Source: a bacterium
Lineage (GTDB): Bacteria > SZUA-79 > Acidulodesulfobacterales > Acidulodesulfobacteraceae
Assembly: GCA_027318865.1 (NCBI GenBank)
Contig: DAHVOJ010000003.1
Span: forward strand, 10,025-74,024
DNA length: 64,000 nucleotides
Reading direction: 5' to 3'
Positions 61,725-64,000 of the stretch are shown piece after piece. The notes beneath the pieces were generated by a model, which was not told where the DNA came from, made no database searches, and was given only the letters and a program-made list of their open reading frames with translations. The position numbers and the translations under genes are program-made. Within the stretch, counting starts at the first letter, position 1, and every line of letters starts with the position of its first letter.

Positions 61725-64000
61725 TTAATGCAACTGCTGCTGCTCTTGCTCTTGCCTTTGTTCCTGCTGTTCGTGTTCTATCTCTTGATTTTGTTCTTGC
61801 TCCTGTTCCTGCTCTACCGCCTGTTCTATCTGTTCTTCTTTATCTATTTTTGAGACTTCTTCTTCGGTAAGCGCAAACGCAAGATTTTTGACGTTTTCTG
61901 AAAGCTCGTTCCTAAAGTCTTCGGTTTCTTTTGCAAACTCGATATTTTCTTTGAATTTCTCAACTTCGACTTCAGTTCCGTAAATCTTAATTTCATCCGT
62001 CGATCTCGTGCCTGCGACGTAAAACTTTTCCTCGAAATTTTCGGAATAAGCGCCGCTATTTAACGAATACAAGGTTTTATTGACGGTCTCGCCCTGACTC
62101 TTATAAGTCGTCAAAGCATATCCCAAATCGAAATTTTTATATTCTTCCGGATTAAAAATTACTACGTCGCCGTTTTCTTTTATTGCCGTGATATTACCGG
62201 CTTCGCCTATCGATTTAACGGTCGCCAGTTCGCCGTTATTGACGTTAAGATTTTTATCATTTTTCAGGAAGACGATTTTATCGTTCTCGGCCACTTCGAT
62301 ATCTTTCTCGATATATACCTGTATATTATCTTTGTTCTTATTTGTAAGATTGAAGCTTTTTTCTTCGCCGTCTTCGGCCTGAAGCTTTAGAATGTTTTTG
62401 TCTTTATCGATGTCTTCTACCGTATAAACCTGATAAGTTTTATCCGCTATGATTTTTTCACCAGGATTATACGATTCGACAAATCCGGCGTTTTCGGCCG
62501 ATATAACCCTATTTTCGTAAACTTTAAAATTTTGTCCGTTTTTGCCGATTAGTTCCTTTTCTTTTAAGCCTTCGACAATAAGAGAATTCAAAGCGTTCCT
62601 TTCTAAGTTAGTATCAACTAAAATTAATGTATTTTTCGATACGTCCTTAAAATACTCTTCCTTGATAGCATTAAACTTTGCAGTTAAGGCCTCAAGGTTA
62701 TTAGTCTCGCTCTCTTTAAAGCTTATGACGTTTCCAGCGCTCTCTATTTTTTCGAAAGCTCCTTTAAAATCTTTGCCGGCTAAAGTCAAGGCAATACGTT
62801 CCTGAGTATCATTATGATAGCGGACCGGAATATCCATATTAGTATATACGCCGAGCCCAGACAATTTGGACGCTTCCGAAGCTTCTTTAAAGAAATCGCC
62901 GCGCTCGATAGACTTAAACTGTTTTTCGTCGCCGATATAATTTATTTTTGAAGCGTCCAAAGAATTAAGGAATTTAGCCTGTTTGTCTGAAACCATCGAC
63001 GATTCATCTATGAAGAGAACCGTTTTTTCGTCGAATGTAATTTTGCCGTTTTCGACGAGATTTTGAAGCCTTGAAATAGTATAAATGTTTTTTATATTAG
63101 AATCTTTTAAGACTTCTGTAGCCTTGCCGGTATGGCTCGCTCCTATGACTGTATAACCTTTATTTTCGAGAAATTCATTTATTAAATTTAAGGCGTTTGT
63201 TTTTCCGGTTCCTGCGTCTCCCTGAATAATGTTAAATTTATATCTACTCGACAATATATTATGACCCATCGAGACTTGAGACTCCGTTAAGGTTTTGCTG
63301 TTTTTTTCCTGCCAAGTTTCTATCTTTCTACTAATATCTTTCTCTGTGAAATAGGTTTTTGATTCCGCATTTTGCAAAATAGTATTGTAATTCTGCTTAA
63401 TATCCCGCAAAACTTCTTTAGTCGTAAAATATTTCGTAGAATAAGTATGTTTTACCTCTACCACATCTTTATTCGATTTAATTGCAGAAGCAATTACCTG
63501 GACGTCGGTTTTACCAAAATTATGCTTAATAGTTACGTTTTCGGCTTTTTCATATTTATAGGTTCGGTAATTTTCGGTTATGTCCTTAAGCCCTTGCCTT
63601 AGCGCCGCTTTAGTGTTTTTAAACTTTTCGAATTCGCTTTCTTTGGGCTGCGCTATATTATTTTTAGCGGTTTCCACGACGTTATTAAGTTTTTTAAGTT
63701 CTTCATTGGATAGCCTTTGTTCCACGAATTTCTTAGTTTCTTCGTATGTCGGATTATGCTCCTTGCGCTGACGCGTGGCTTTTTCGGCAAGCTGCCTTAA
63801 ATCTTTTTCCGTCATTGTCGGATATTTTTTTCTTAGTTCTTCTACCTTATTATCGATTTCCGCTTGCCTGGTAGAGAACCGCTCTTTTAAATCTTTGAGT
63901 TCTTCGCCTTCAAGCTTAATATCCGTCATAGCCTTAGAGCGGTCGGAGTCTATCGTATAACCCAGCGTTTGCAATTTCTGCGCAAATTTATTCTCCTGTA
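61725..64000 (-). CDS. Conjugative relaxase-associated helicase (TraA/TrwC-type RecD-like domain), N-terminus outside the window
   Basis: Walker A IIQGDAGTGKTN, Walker B LFIDESSMV, TYKSQGETV, AGTRSTDEI. The frame stays open upstream of the track's TTG at 63974 to the window edge. The C-terminus has a Q/E repeat tail. Confidence 0.7.
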   Translation of the reverse strand, partial: QENKFAQKLQTLGYTIDSDRSKAMTDIKLEGEELKDLKERFSTRQAEIDNKVEELRKKYPTMTEKDLRQLAEKATRQRKEHNPTYEETKKFVEQRLSNEELKKLNNVVETAKNNIAQPKESEFEKFKNTKAALRQGLKDITENYRTYKYEKAENVTIKHNFGKTDVQVIASAIKSNKDVVEVKHTYSTKYFTTKEVLRDIKQNYNTILQNAESKTYFTEKDISRKIETWQEKNSKTLTESQVSMGHNILSSRYKFNIIQGDAGTGKTNALNLINEFLENKGYTVIGASHTGKATEVLKDSNIKNIYTISRLQNLVENGKITFDEKTVLFIDESSMVSDKQAKFLNSLDASKINYIGDEKQFKSIERGDFFKEASEASKLSGLGVYTNMDIPVRYHNDTQERIALTLAGKDFKGAFEKIESAGNVISFKESETNNLEALTAKFNAIKEEYFKDVSKNTLILVDTNLERNALNSLIVEGLKEKELIGKNGQNFKVYENRVISAENAGFVESYNPGEKIIADKTYQVYTVEDIDKDKNILKLQAEDGEEKSFNLTNKNKDNIQVYIEKDIEVAENDKIVFLKNDKNLNVNNGELATVKSIGEAGNITAIKENGDVVIFNPEEYKNFDLGYALTTYKSQGETVNKTLYSLNSGAYSENFEEKFYVAGTRSTDEIKIYGTEVEVEKFKENIEFAKETEDFRNELSENVKNLAFALTEEEVSKIDKEEQIEQAVEQEQEQEQNQEIEHEQQEQRQEQEQQQLH

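Larger units (their letters stand above)
54140..64000 (-). mobile_element. Plasmid/ICE-like block abutting tRNA-Arg (right boundary outside the window)
   Basis: All genes are co-oriented. It holds a relaxase-helicase, a ParA plus RHH partition module, many small orphan ORFs, repeated promoter/operator cassettes, and an orphan cas12a-CRISPR. It starts at the 3' side of a tRNA gene. No integrase is seen in the window. Confidence 0.5.

Overview
AT-rich bacterial window, apparently from a diderm lineage (SurA-type chaperones and a secretin are present). I cannot name the organism. Calls rest on motifs I recognise in the supplied translations and on reading the DNA; no searches were run.

Positions 1-41.8 kb are ordinary chromosome: uvrA (partial), pdxA, two parvulin chaperones, mfd, ppdK, glyQS, nadA, trpS, trxB, uppS, aspS, transporters, moaDE/moaB, groESL with a CIRCE operator, dcd, eno and a phosphohexomutase. 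Positions 44.3-53.7 kb hold a nine-gene type II secretion / type IV pilus-like operon, bracketed by two tRNA-Arg genes.

From tRNA-Arg(TCT) at 54.06 kb to the right edge, all genes lie on the minus strand and look plasmid or ICE derived. They include a TraA-type relaxase-helicase (cut by the edge), small unknown ORFs, ParA and an RHH protein. Next come a small membrane protein, a 1180-aa Cas12a orthologue and a short CRISPR array.

The main finding is this minimal type V-A locus. It has no cas1, cas2 or cas4. Its Cas12a keeps the crRNA-processing, PAM-reading and Nuc-domain motifs. However, His replaces the RuvC-I Asp and Ala replaces the RuvC-III Asp, so it may be a naturally DNase-dead, binding-only Cas12a carried in a plasmid-maintenance module.

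Secondary observations:
- duplicated consensus promoters and AT palindromes in the element
- a 13-nt x6 tandem repeat upstream of fur
- a glyQ that seems to need a non-canonical start codon
- an MshEN-type c-di-GMP motif in the secretion ATPase
- a strongly diverged IorAB-like pair
- an insertion in UppS
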